42,223 bases of DNA from Candidatus Woesearchaeota archaeon (GCA_047603125.1 JBLKOU010000005.1:1-42223); one strand, 5' to 3'; counted from the stretch's first letter, positions 1 through 8,908 are shown. The notes: a model not told the origin generated them from the sequence alone. Program-made: numbers and translations.

Positions 1-2
1 CC

Positions 3-494
3 GCAGGGTTAAAAAGTATTATTTTAGCAAAAAAACATAAAGTAGTTGCTATTGATATTAACGAGGATAGATTAAATAATGCAAGGGATAATGCGGTTCT
101 ATTCGAAGTTGCTAAAAATACAGAATTTAAGAATGTTAATGCAGAAAATTTAAACGAATTAAAAAAATTAGGTGATTTTGATGCCATTTATATTGATGTG
201 GACTGGAGAGAAGATTTGTCCCACCCCATAAAAAAACAAAATATAGATCCTTTCAAAACATGTCCTAGAACAGATAAACTATATAAAAATCTTAGAAAAT
301 TACATCCTAAAACTCCGATTATTTTTAAAATCTCTCCTTTTGTTAGAGTTAAAGATTTAACTAAATTAGATTCGTGTGTCATTGAAGAGCTTTATATAGA
401 TGGAAAATTCTTATCTTATAATGTTTATTTTGATCCTAAAATTAAAAAATCAAGATGGCAGGGGATTCATCTTTTTAATAAGGAGGTAATCTGA
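3..494 (+). CDS. Class I SAM-dependent methyltransferase (Tgs1/RsmD-like RNA methyltransferase), 5'-truncated by the window edge
   Basis: Frame 3 is open from position 3 and reads AGLKSIILAKKHKVVAIDINEDRLNNARDNAVLFEV...FDAIYIDVDW. This gives the end of motif I, an acidic motif II (AID) and a DPxW-like motif IV. The listed 198..494 ORF is only its C-terminal part. Confidence 0.7.
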   Translation, partial: AGLKSIILAKKHKVVAIDINEDRLNNARDNAVLFEVAKNTEFKNVNAENLNELKKLGDFDAIYIDVDWREDLSHPIKKQNIDPFKTCPRTDKLYKNLRKLHPKTPIIFKISPFVRVKDLTKLDSCVIEELYIDGKFLSYNVYFDPKIKKSRWQGIHLFNKEVI

Positions 495-496
495 AA

Positions 497-997
497 ATGA
501 AAACTTATATAATGGTAGATATTGAAGCAAATGGCCCAATACCTGGAGATTATTCTATGACTTCCTTAGGAGCGGTAATAGTAGATGAAAAATTAGATAA
601 AACTTTTAAAATAAATATAAAGCCAATCTCTGAAAAATTTGATCAAAATAGGAGACAGTTTGTAGATGAAAAAGATGCAGTGGATGCAAAAGAAGCGATG
701 CAGAAATTTAAGGATTGGATTATAAAAAATTCTTCAGGAAAGCCAGTTTTTATTTCAGATAATAACGGTTTTGATTGGATGTTTGTATGCTGGTACTTTT
801 GGCATTTTTTAGAAGAGAATCCACTAGGATATAATTCTCAAAATTTGAATTCTTTAAACAAGGGATTAAATAAGGATTTGAAGGCGAAAATGGATCTATT
901 AAGAGAAAGAGATCTTACCCATGATGCTTTAGAAGATGCTAAAGATAATGCAAGGATATTTTTCGAACTAAAAAAGGAACATTTCAAAGAGATTTAA
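497..997 (+). CDS. DEDDh 3'-5' exonuclease (Rv2179c/RNase AS-like)
   Basis: Motifs VDIEANGP (ExoI), NNGFDW (ExoII) and HDALEDA (ExoIII); GGAGGT Shine-Dalgarno upstream. Confidence 0.85.
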   Translation: MKTYIMVDIEANGPIPGDYSMTSLGAVIVDEKLDKTFKINIKPISEKFDQNRRQFVDEKDAVDAKEAMQKFKDWIIKNSSGKPVFISDNNGFDWMFVCWYFWHFLEENPLGYNSQNLNSLNKGLNKDLKAKMDLLRERDLTHDALEDAKDNARIFFELKKEHFKEI

Positions 998-1006
998 ATA
1001 CAATTT

Positions 1007-1080
1007 CTTCTTTTTAGAAAAAAGAAGCAAAAAGACGGAAATCCCCATTTTCTTTTTTACAAAAAAAAGAAACAAAAAAA
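1007..1080. repeat. Two tandem A/T-stem hairpins (CTTCTTTTT-AGA-AAAAAGAAG and TTTCTTTTTT-AC-AAAAAAAAGAAA), terminator- or REP-like
   Basis: Two similar palindromes, each followed by CAAAAA, directly after the exonuclease stop codon. Confidence 0.45.
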
Positions 1081-1216
1081 GCGCGCGTCTCTCTAATACA
1101 TAGCCCACCCAAAAAAATATTATTTCTAAATTTATAAAACGGCATTCTCAAAAACTTTGATTTTTTGCCTTCGGCATCGTTGCGCTAAAAATCAAGTCCT
1201 CCAAGTATTCGGACGA

Positions 1217-1310
1217 AACTAACAGGGCTTAAAGGGTTCACTCACCTTGCAGGTTCGCTCTCCCAAATTTTTTGCTACGCAAAAAACTTCCCTTAAGCCC
1301 GATGTTAAAT
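1217..1310 (+). mobile_element. Integron attC-like recombination site 1
   Basis: R'' AACTAAC (1217-1223), spacer AGGGC, L'' TTAAAGGG, hairpin-rich centre, L' CCCTTAA, spacer GCCCGAT, R' GTTAAAT (1304-1310, fits GTTRRRY). L'' has one extra unpaired base relative to L'. Near-identical to 7410-7499. Confidence 0.7.
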
Positions 1311-1314
1311 CCAA

Positions 1315-1430
1315 TAAAATTTCCATTTCTTTTTTTTAGTTTTGGGGAGTTCCGGTGCTACGCACATATTCACTCACTTCGTTCGATATTTATTAGTAGA
1401 AGGGGGAGTTCTTTAACTTAAGGGGAGTTC
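1315..1430 (+). repeat. Left end motif set: 15-bp TAAAATTTCCATTTC plus three GGGGAGTTC boxes
   Basis: 15-mer at 1315-1329 and boxes at 1344, 1403 and 1422; inverted counterpart at 7192-7358. Confidence 0.8.
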
Positions 1431-1553
1431 CTTAGTCCTGTCGGACATCTACACTCGCAACTTCGTTGCTCGAAAATTTATTACTTTTTCTAAATTAAAT
1501 ATACTAAATTAAAAGAAAAGTATATAAATTAAATTAAATCTAGAAATATTAAA

Positions 1554-2351
1554 ATGAATAAAGCGTTATTACATCCTCAAACAGTTTTATTATGTGTAAA
1601 AAAAATTAAAAACCCTCATCTTTTTTTATTAGACTCACTTAATTTAATGAAAAAACCATATACACTGAAATTTAAAGATGGTTATAGTCTTAAAGTAAGA
1701 CCTAAAAATAATAAAAGAGTAGGAGATATTCACGTAATTAAAGATATTATATTATATAATCAATATGAATTAAAATCAATTCCTTCAAAAGGTGTGGTTA
1801 TAGACGTTGGTGCACAAATTGGTTGCTTTTCTGTACCTGTAGCTACAAATACTGATTGCTTAATTATTTCTATTGAACCTGAAAAAACGAATTATGAACA
1901 ACTTAAAAAAAATAAAACATTAAATAAATTAAAAAATATAAAAAGTTATAATGTCGCATTAACAAAAGAAAAAGGTTTTTCTTATTTCTACATATCTCAG
2001 GAAAATAGTGCAGGCCATTCACTGTTTCAGGATGATAAAAAACAAAAATACAAAGTTAAAACATTATCTCTTAAAGATATTATAGATGAAAACAAAATAA
2101 AAAAAATACAATATTTAAAATTAGATTGTGAGGGAGGAGAATATGATATTTTATTAAACTTATCAAAAAAATATCTAGATAAAATTAAAACCATATATTT
2201 AGAACAACACCACACGCCAGACATATTAAATAAATATGCCGAGGAATCCATCACAAATTATTTGGAAAAAAACGGGTTCAATCGAAAACTTATTGATAAA
2301 TTTTATTTTAAAGATGAAGGCACTTTTTACATTTTTAAATTTGAGAAATAA
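1554..2351 (+). CDS. FkbM-family SAM-dependent methyltransferase
   Basis: Motifs VIDVGAQIG, SIEP and LKLDCEGGEYDIL; TATATAAA box at 1521. Confidence 0.9.
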   Translation: MNKALLHPQTVLLCVKKIKNPHLFLLDSLNLMKKPYTLKFKDGYSLKVRPKNNKRVGDIHVIKDIILYNQYELKSIPSKGVVIDVGAQIGCFSVPVATNTDCLIISIEPEKTNYEQLKKNKTLNKLKNIKSYNVALTKEKGFSYFYISQENSAGHSLFQDDKKQKYKVKTLSLKDIIDENKIKKIQYLKLDCEGGEYDILLNLSKKYLDKIKTIYLEQHHTPDILNKYAEESITNYLEKNGFNRKLIDKFYFKDEGTFYIFKFEK

Positions 2352-2433
2352 CCATATTGAATTATAACCCTTCGGAATTTTTCCAAGTTTTAAACATGAA
2401 CATTTATAAACTTATTAAAAATTGTATATTAAA

Positions 2434-3186
2434 ATGCATGAAAAAAATTTATTGAATGAGTGCCCCATAAGATATGGCATCTTATTCGATTTGTTTAGAA
2501 GAAGCACAAATGAAGAAGAACTAATCATCGATAAAATTCTAGAAAAAATTAAACTTAAGAAACATAGAAATTCGTTATTAGATATTGGAGCAAGCGATGG
2601 AAATTTAATTCAGAAAATTATGAAATTTTTTAATAATACTTACGCCATAGAAAAAAGAGACGACTCTACATTATTTTTGGATTCTTTAGGAATAGATGTT
2701 TTAGAGAACATTTGGGAAGATTATAAAGGAAGGAAAAAATTTGATTTTATTCTTGCATCTCATGTATTTTATTATTTTCCGACATCTGATTGGAAAATGC
2801 ATCTTTTAAAAATGATGAAATTACTAAATAAAGAAGGTATCTTAATAGTTATTACAAATAGTATTGAAAGCGAATATACTGATTTTCTAAGAACATTTTA
2901 TCATAAAATATTAGGTGAAAAATTCATTTTAGAATCAATATTCACATACGCTGATAACTCAAATAAAGATTTTAAAGTGACAAAAGAAAGAATTTCAACA
3001 GATATTTTTTTGGAAAATAAAACCCATTTTTTATCAATGTGTGAATTCTGGCTAGGTTCAAGTAAAGAAAATTGGGGGGAGATTCATGAAGAAATTAGTG
3101 ATTACTATACCACTTTAAAAAATAGAAGTCCGCAAGGTAAAACGATTAAGTTAGACTTGGATGTTCTATGTATAGTCAGGAGATAA
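2434..3186 (+). CDS. Class I SAM-dependent methyltransferase
   Basis: Motif I LLDIGASDG, FDFILASHVFYY and LNKEGIL; ATG at 2434 follows a TTTATAAA box at 2403. Confidence 0.85.
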   Translation: MHEKNLLNECPIRYGILFDLFRRSTNEEELIIDKILEKIKLKKHRNSLLDIGASDGNLIQKIMKFFNNTYAIEKRDDSTLFLDSLGIDVLENIWEDYKGRKKFDFILASHVFYYFPTSDWKMHLLKMMKLLNKEGILIVITNSIESEYTDFLRTFYHKILGEKFILESIFTYADNSNKDFKVTKERISTDIFLENKTHFLSMCEFWLGSSKENWGEIHEEISDYYTTLKNRSPQGKTIKLDLDVLCIVRR

Positions 3187-3189
3187 ATT

Positions 3190-4041
3190 ATGAAATTATC
3201 AATAATAATACGCGTTAAAGATGACTTGAGGGTTGCGAGATGTTTAGATAGCATTGATGAAGATGTTGAAGTAGTTGTTGTTCTAAACACCCCTTCTAAA
3301 GAAGTCATAGAACTACTTAAGAAATATAATGTAGTAACAACAAAAATAAATAACAATAATTTAGCTAAAGCACATAATAGAGGAATAGAAGTGAGCAAAT
3401 ATGAATTTGTTTTATTAATGGATTCTGATTGTGTTTTCAAGAAAGGAACGATCAACAAACTTTATCAAGGGCTAAAAAGTGCAGATTTATCTAAAGGTCG
3501 AGTACTATTTAATCATTCTAGTTTTATTAGTAAAACAATTGCATTATCTAGAGAATATCATGTTACTGATATTGAAAATGCATATTCACCACCACTGGCT
3601 TTTAAAAAGGGGATTGATAAATATATAGGAAAATATTATTTTGATGAAGATATATTTTGGACCGAGGATCACGAATTTGATCAACGTGTTAAAAAAGCAA
3701 AATTAAAAATAAATTACAATAAAAAAGCAATAATCTATCATGATGAATTGTCTATAACTTCTGATTTGCGTAGTGCTCACAATTATGGGAGTGGATATTT
3801 TGAAGGAATAAAAAAAGGGGCCATTAAAGGTTGTTTTTTATATGGAGGTAATAAAAAGATATTACTTGCAGTAGGGTTAGATTTTATAAGATTATTGTGC
3901 TTGCCTTTCTTCTTTTTGTCCGTATTAATAAAGAAAAATATTTTTGTAGCATCGTATATGATTATTTGGATGGTTGTATTTAATTTAGGATATTATAGAC
4001 AAATGATGTTTAATCATTTGAATGTAGGTGGGAAAAAATGA
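3190..4041 (+). CDS. Glycosyltransferase family 2 (GT-A) with a C-terminal hydrophobic segment
   Basis: Motifs LSIII, AHNRGI, the DxD motif MDSD and TEDHEF. Confidence 0.85.
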   Translation: MKLSIIIRVKDDLRVARCLDSIDEDVEVVVVLNTPSKEVIELLKKYNVVTTKINNNNLAKAHNRGIEVSKYEFVLLMDSDCVFKKGTINKLYQGLKSADLSKGRVLFNHSSFISKTIALSREYHVTDIENAYSPPLAFKKGIDKYIGKYYFDEDIFWTEDHEFDQRVKKAKLKINYNKKAIIYHDELSITSDLRSAHNYGSGYFEGIKKGAIKGCFLYGGNKKILLAVGLDFIRLLCLPFFFLSVLIKKNIFVASYMIIWMVVFNLGYYRQMMFNHLNVGGKK

Positions 4042-4655
4042 AAAAGATTGTTGTAATTGCACCTCACCCTGATGATGAAATTATTGGTTGTGGGGGTCTG
4101 ATACTAAAAGCAAAAAATGCAGGATATGATTTAGATTTTGTTTACTTTATGACTCCTGAGAAAGAACGATTAAAAGAAATTAATAAAGTAAAGGAAAAAT
4201 TAAATGTAAAAAATATATGTTTAATTAATGCTGGGAAAGGACGAAGTTTCGTATTTAATAAACTAGAAAAAGAAAAACTCTTAGAAGTGCTTTCTCAACC
4301 AATAGATATTCTATTAATTCCTCATATAAACGAATCAGATCAAGATCATTCATTTGTTAATAAAGCTGTTAAAGATTGTTTAATTCTTAGACAAAATAAC
4401 AATCCCTTAAATTTAATATTAGGTTATGAAGTTTGGTCTCCAATAAAAGAACCAACAATACTTGTCAATATAGATGAAGTCTTTGAAGAAAAATTAGAAC
4501 TTATGCAAGCATACAAATCTCAAATAAAGAACCATAATTATATAAATATGATTAGAGGTCTCTCGCAATATAGAGGCTCTTTAAAAGGAAAAAAAGTAAA
4601 TCATGCAGAAGCATATCTTATTTATTACGAAAATAAAGGAGGAATATTTAAATGA
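4038..4655 (+). CDS. PIG-L/LmbE-family N-deacetylase
   Basis: APHPDDE metal motif, DQDH, YEVW and YKSQ; overlaps GT2 stop (ATGA). Confidence 0.9.
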   Translation: MKKIVVIAPHPDDEIIGCGGLILKAKNAGYDLDFVYFMTPEKERLKEINKVKEKLNVKNICLINAGKGRSFVFNKLEKEKLLEVLSQPIDILLIPHINESDQDHSFVNKAVKDCLILRQNNNPLNLILGYEVWSPIKEPTILVNIDEVFEEKLELMQAYKSQIKNHNYINMIRGLSQYRGSLKGKKVNHAEAYLIYYENKGGIFK

Positions 4656-6364
4656 GAATTTTGGGAATTTCAGGATGGAAGAATTTAAAAAAATATTTTC
4701 CAAATACCGATGCATTGCCTTTACACGATGCCTCAGCAGCCCTAATAGTAGATGATGAAATTATTGCTGTAGGCGAAGAAGAAAGATTTACAAGAAAAAA
4801 ACATGGGTATGATACCTTTCCTGTTAATGCAGCCGCTTTTTGTTTAAAAGAGGCAAAACTTACATTAGATGATATAGATAAAATAGCCATATATTGGGAT
4901 TTTCCGTATCATGCAAAAATTAAGGGTGAAAAGTGGACAACAAAAAATGAAGAGTTAGTAGAAAGAATATTTCCTAAAAATTTATTTCCGAGAAATAAAA
5001 ATGTGGAAGTCGTATTTGTTAATCACCACCTAAGTCACGCTGTTAGTGCTTGGTCTTGTTCTAGCTTTAATGAGTCTATTGTTATAGTTGTTGATGGACA
5101 AGGTGAGGATGCATCTACAAGTGTTTGGGTTGCTAAAGAAAATAAATTATCTTTATTGAGAAAAAGTAAGAGTTCAGCATCATTAGGTTTTTTTTATGAA
5201 GCATTGACAGAATTCGTGGGTTTAGAAGCAAATGAACCTGGAAAAACTATGGGCTTAGCATCCTTTGGTAAACCTATATACGACTTAAAAAAGTATTTTA
5301 AAATTGATGATGGAGTTATTAATTTAACTATAGACCCAGAAATAGATGAAAAGTCAGATTTCGATGAACAAAAACAAGTACGAAAATATTGGAAAAATAT
5401 TTTTAGTTCAATAATCAATAAAGAAAATGTAAATACGACAGAGTTCAATAAACTGTCATCACATTTCGATAAAAATGTTGAATTTAATGAAGAATATAAA
5501 AACCTTGCAGCTTCAGGACAGGAAGCACTAGAAAAAGTCATGCTTAAATTGGTTGAATGGACTGTTAAAAATACAGGAATAAAAAACTTGTGCTTGGCAG
5601 GAGGAGTGTCTTTAAATTGTGTTATGAATGGTAAAATTTTACAAAGTGGTTTAATAAAAGATGTTTTTATACAACCAATGGCCCATGATGCTGGTGCAGC
5701 ATTAGGTGCAGCTCAAGCATGTAACGATAAAAAAATAAGTAATTTTCAAGGAATATATTTAGGCCCTGAATTTTCGGAAGAAGAAATAATTAGTGAGCTA
5801 CAAAGGAATAAAGTCACATATAAAAAATCAAATAATGTTTGTTTAGAAGTGGCTAAACTATTAAATAAAGGCAACATAATAGGTTGGTTTCAAGGAAAAA
5901 TGGAAGTTGGTCCAAGAGCATTGGGCAATAGAAGTATTTTAGCCAATCCTATTTTATCTAATGCAAAAGATTTAGTTAATAAACATGTTAAATTTCGTGA
6001 AATGTGGAGACCCTTTGCACCATCTTTATTAGAAGAAGATGTGGATATCTATCTCGTTAATGCACATAAGTCCCCTTATATGATTCTTAATTTTGAAGTT
6101 AAAAAAGAAGCTTTAAAAAAAATTCCTGGAGTTTTACATATAGATAACACTGTTCGACCTCATACCGTTACTGAAGCTCAAAATAAAAAATATTATGAGC
6201 TCATAAAAGAATTTAAGAACATTACAGGAGTAGGTGTAATTTTAAACACATCATTTAATGTAAAAGGAGAACCGATTGTTTGTACGCCCAGAGACGCATT
6301 AAGAACTTTTTATTCATGTGGTATGGACTATTTAATACTGGGAGATTTTATTATAGCTAAATAA
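4652..6364 (+). CDS. O-carbamoyltransferase, NodU/CmcH/TobZ family
   Basis: Motifs HDASAAL, EEERFTRKK, HHLSHA, DGQGE, GKTMGLA, AGGVSLN, GPRALGNRSIL, RPFAPS and NTSFN. Confidence 0.95.
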   Translation: MRILGISGWKNLKKYFPNTDALPLHDASAALIVDDEIIAVGEEERFTRKKHGYDTFPVNAAAFCLKEAKLTLDDIDKIAIYWDFPYHAKIKGEKWTTKNEELVERIFPKNLFPRNKNVEVVFVNHHLSHAVSAWSCSSFNESIVIVVDGQGEDASTSVWVAKENKLSLLRKSKSSASLGFFYEALTEFVGLEANEPGKTMGLASFGKPIYDLKKYFKIDDGVINLTIDPEIDEKSDFDEQKQVRKYWKNIFSSIINKENVNTTEFNKLSSHFDKNVEFNEEYKNLAASGQEALEKVMLKLVEWTVKNTGIKNLCLAGGVSLNCVMNGKILQSGLIKDVFIQPMAHDAGAALGAAQACNDKKISNFQGIYLGPEFSEEEIISELQRNKVTYKKSNNVCLEVAKLLNKGNIIGWFQGKMEVGPRALGNRSILANPILSNAKDLVNKHVKFREMWRPFAPSLLEEDVDIYLVNAHKSPYMILNFEVKKEALKKIPGVLHIDNTVRPHTVTEAQNKKYYELIKEFKNITGVGVILNTSFNVKGEPIVCTPRDALRTFYSCGMDYLILGDFIIAK

Positions 6365-7110
6365 TTTTTTATAAATAAAACGAGTTTAGCAAAGTTTTCA
6401 TTTGACAAACTTAATATTGATTTATTTTGGATATCATCAGGAATTTTTAGGTTTTCAACGATTAATGCTGCTTCTCTTTTGGTTTTATTTTCCATATTTA
6501 TAATCGTATTTCTTAATCCGTTTTTTAACTTTTTATCTTTTTGTAATAATAACTCCTTCATGATTTTATCGAATTTTTTTAAAAATTCTTGATCTTTTTT
6601 TATAAATGATAAAATTACTGAATTTACGCGGGGTTTCGGTTCAAATGAAGTAGGAGATACGGTTTTAATTTTTTTTATTTCAAAAAAAGAATTCAACATA
6701 ACATATAATTTTTTTTCTTTCTTCAAGATTTTCCAAAAATTTTCTCCAACCAATAATATCATTAATTCTATATCTTCTCTTAAAACTTTTTTCATTAATG
6801 GTTCAGATATATGGTACGGTATGTTAGCAATTATTTTGTTAAATCGTAATTTATCAATTATTTTTATTATATCTTTATTTATTACTTCAATATTATGATC
6901 AATTCTTTCTAACAAAGGTATAAGATCTGCATCTAGTTCTACTGTAATTAGTTTTTTACATTTGTTAGATAATTTTTTTGTTAAAATACCTTTACCCGGA
7001 CCTATTTCTAACACTATATCTTTTTTAGTTATTCTTGAGTTTTTTATTATGGTCTCTAACACCACATTATCAATAAGAAAATGTTGTCCCAAATTGGATT
7101 TATCTCTCAT
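6328..7110 (-). CDS. rsmA: KsgA/Dim1/Erm-family rRNA adenine N6-dimethyltransferase
   Basis: Motifs LGQHFLID, VLEIGPGKGILT, ANIPYHIS and FEPKPRVNS; converges on and overlaps the carbamoyltransferase 3' end. Confidence 0.85.
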   Translation of the reverse strand: MRDKSNLGQHFLIDNVVLETIIKNSRITKKDIVLEIGPGKGILTKKLSNKCKKLITVELDADLIPLLERIDHNIEVINKDIIKIIDKLRFNKIIANIPYHISEPLMKKVLREDIELMILLVGENFWKILKKEKKLYVMLNSFFEIKKIKTVSPTSFEPKPRVNSVILSFIKKDQEFLKKFDKIMKELLLQKDKKLKNGLRNTIINMENKTKREAALIVENLKIPDDIQNKSILSLSNENFAKLVLFIKNYLAIIKSPSIK

Positions 7111-7191
7111 TATTTATTAATATTACTGTGCCATTTATATAATTTTTGAAACAAATAGATTGGACAGATATTTGTTCGCTTGTATTGAACG

Positions 7192-7358
7192 GAACTCCCC
7201 CTTGATGTATTGACTTGATGAGCCTTCGGCTTTGATAAAAAAGAACTCCCCTCGATAATTGTTCTCTATGGCACTTCGTGCTTTGAGGGAACGGAACTCC
7301 CCAGTCCTTCGGACATATTGGCTCCCTATGGTTGAATTTATTGGAAATGGAAATTTTA
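7192..7358 (-). repeat. Right end motif set: three GAACTCCCC boxes at a 51-bp period plus 15-bp GAAATGGAAATTTTA
   Basis: Boxes at 7192, 7243 and 7294; the 15-mer at 7344-7358 is the exact reverse complement of 1315-1329. Confidence 0.8.
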
Positions 7359-7409
7359 CTCTGCGGACGCAGGTTTTCCGAACTCCACTTCGTTCGTAAC
7401 GGAAAACGT

Positions 7410-7499
7410 ATTTAACAGGGCTTAAAGGGTTCGCTCGTTGCACTTCGCTCTCCCAAATTTTTTGCAAGCAAAAAACTTCCCTTAAGCCCGATGTTAAAT
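7410..7499 (+). mobile_element. Integron attC-like recombination site 2
   Basis: R'' ATTTAAC (7410-7416, fits RYYYAAC), AGGGC, TTAAAGGG ... CCCTTAA, GCCCGAT, R' GTTAAAT (7493-7499); direct repeat of site 1 differing mainly in the central hairpins. Confidence 0.75.
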
Positions 7500-7659
7500 G
7501 AAATAATTTTTAGTGGCTAAAAGCAGAAGGGGGAAATCAAAAAAAGAAATGATACATATTTGAAAAACAAAAGTTATGAGATATGTTAAAATTAAATCAG
7601 TTTTTAAGCTAAAATATAAAAAATTGATTTTTAGCAGTTTAAGTATTAAAAATAAACTT

Positions 7660-8847
7660 TTAATCTTTAAAATCGTCGACAATTGTTCTAAAAACTTCTA
7701 TTGTTTCATAATCATTTTCATCAAAATAATAATCAGTACTTGTTTTAACTATTATAAAATTATTTAGTGGGTCTATGTATATATATTGTCCCCACACACC
7801 TATTGCTGTATAATCTCCATGACTATTTTCAGGAATCCACCATTTATATCCATATCCGAAAGTCCAATCACTTTGTGGATTATCTCCTGGTTGAAGTCTA
7901 CTTTCATTTCTATTTATACTCTCATGAATCCAATTTTCAGGAACAATATCCAGACCATCATTTAAATACATAAACCCGAATCTAGCATAATCTCTAGAAA
8001 TAGCATTAAGACAACAAAATCCTATAGCTTTATTATTTCTTTCAGTACTCCAATAAGCATCACTTTCCATGCCCAAAGGCTGCCAGATTTTTTCTTCAAG
8101 CAATTTAGGTAAAGTTTTATTACTGACTTCTTCTAATACATAACCTAGAACGAGGGTATCGGAGCTTATATAATTATTATACGTTCCTTGTTCTGTAAAG
8201 AAATCAAGTTCTTTTGTATATTTGAGCATTGACTTGTTTAGACCCATACTCATAGGAAATATCATATTAATGTCACTAGTAAAATCTTCATAGTCTTCAT
8301 TGAATTTAATTCCACTACTCATTGTTAACAAATTTCTTATTGTTACATTTCCATAAGGAGTTCCCTTATATTCTTTAACATATTTTTTAACCGGGTCATC
8401 TAAATTATTAATTAGTCCTTCTTCGTAAAGAATTCCAGTCATAGCAGATACAAAACTTTTAGCAACGCTCCAACTTGTTATTTTATCAGTTTGTGAATAA
8501 TTTTGATAATATTCTTCAAATAAAATAGTATCATTTTGTAATACAATGAGAGAAGTAGTTTCAGTCCTATTTAGGAAATCATTTAAAATCAGTTCTTCAT
8601 CTTCAAAAAAATATATCTCGGGAAGATCTATTTTGTTATATCGAAAATCAAGATCTTCGGAGCCTTTATAAATTTGTTCATAAGGAAATATAGAGTTCAT
8701 GTTTTTAAAATTGTCAGCTCTATGTCCGTCAGCAAATAAAGTAAACATAACACTCCAAGGGCTATTTATCATCCAAATAGCTAATACAGAAAACAAAATA
8801 ATTATTAAGACAAGTATAGTCAAAAATACTTTATATTTACGTTTCAT
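7660..8847 (-). CDS. Serine hydrolase of the beta-lactamase class C/NylB-like family, N-terminally membrane anchored
   Basis: SxxK motif SVAK, LLTMSSG, YISSDT and GYGYKWW; N-terminal transmembrane helix. Confidence 0.9.
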   Translation of the reverse strand: MKRKYKVFLTILVLIIILFSVLAIWMINSPWSVMFTLFADGHRADNFKNMNSIFPYEQIYKGSEDLDFRYNKIDLPEIYFFEDEELILNDFLNRTETTSLIVLQNDTILFEEYYQNYSQTDKITSWSVAKSFVSAMTGILYEEGLINNLDDPVKKYVKEYKGTPYGNVTIRNLLTMSSGIKFNEDYEDFTSDINMIFPMSMGLNKSMLKYTKELDFFTEQGTYNNYISSDTLVLGYVLEEVSNKTLPKLLEEKIWQPLGMESDAYWSTERNNKAIGFCCLNAISRDYARFGFMYLNDGLDIVPENWIHESINRNESRLQPGDNPQSDWTFGYGYKWWIPENSHGDYTAIGVWGQYIYIDPLNNFIIVKTSTDYYFDENDYETIEVFRTIVDDFKD

Positions 8848-8908
8848 ATAGTTGCAAAGAAATTCTCTTTTTTAAATCTTTTCCATAAATAATTACTTTT
8901 TTATATTA

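Noticed and set aside
1141..1480. tRNA or other known ncRNA in the hairpin-rich spacer
   Set aside because: No cloverleaf, T-loop in the right context or acceptor stem could be built, and the repeats are better explained as DNA sites.
7192..7302. 51-bp periodic GAACTCCCC repeats as a mini CRISPR array
   Set aside because: The conserved part is only 9-13 bp, the mirrored left set is irregularly spaced, and no cas genes are present.
1315..7358. Classical IS or composite DDE transposon
   Set aside because: There is no transposase and no target-site duplication outside the 15-bp inverted repeat (CCAA on the left, CTCT on the right).
7135..7467. 110-aa minus-strand ORF with repeated GEF motifs
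   Set aside because: It is a translation of the GGGGAGTTC boxes, hairpins and the attC-like site, with no protein-like features.
7494..7767. Short overlapping ORFs (62-63 aa) after site 2
   Set aside because: They are low-complexity AT-rich translations with no motif, overlapping the hydrolase 3' end.
7660..8847. True beta-lactamase resistance gene
   Set aside because: The motifs (YxS rather than YxN, membrane anchor) fit the broader esterase/amidase branch, so resistance cannot be inferred.
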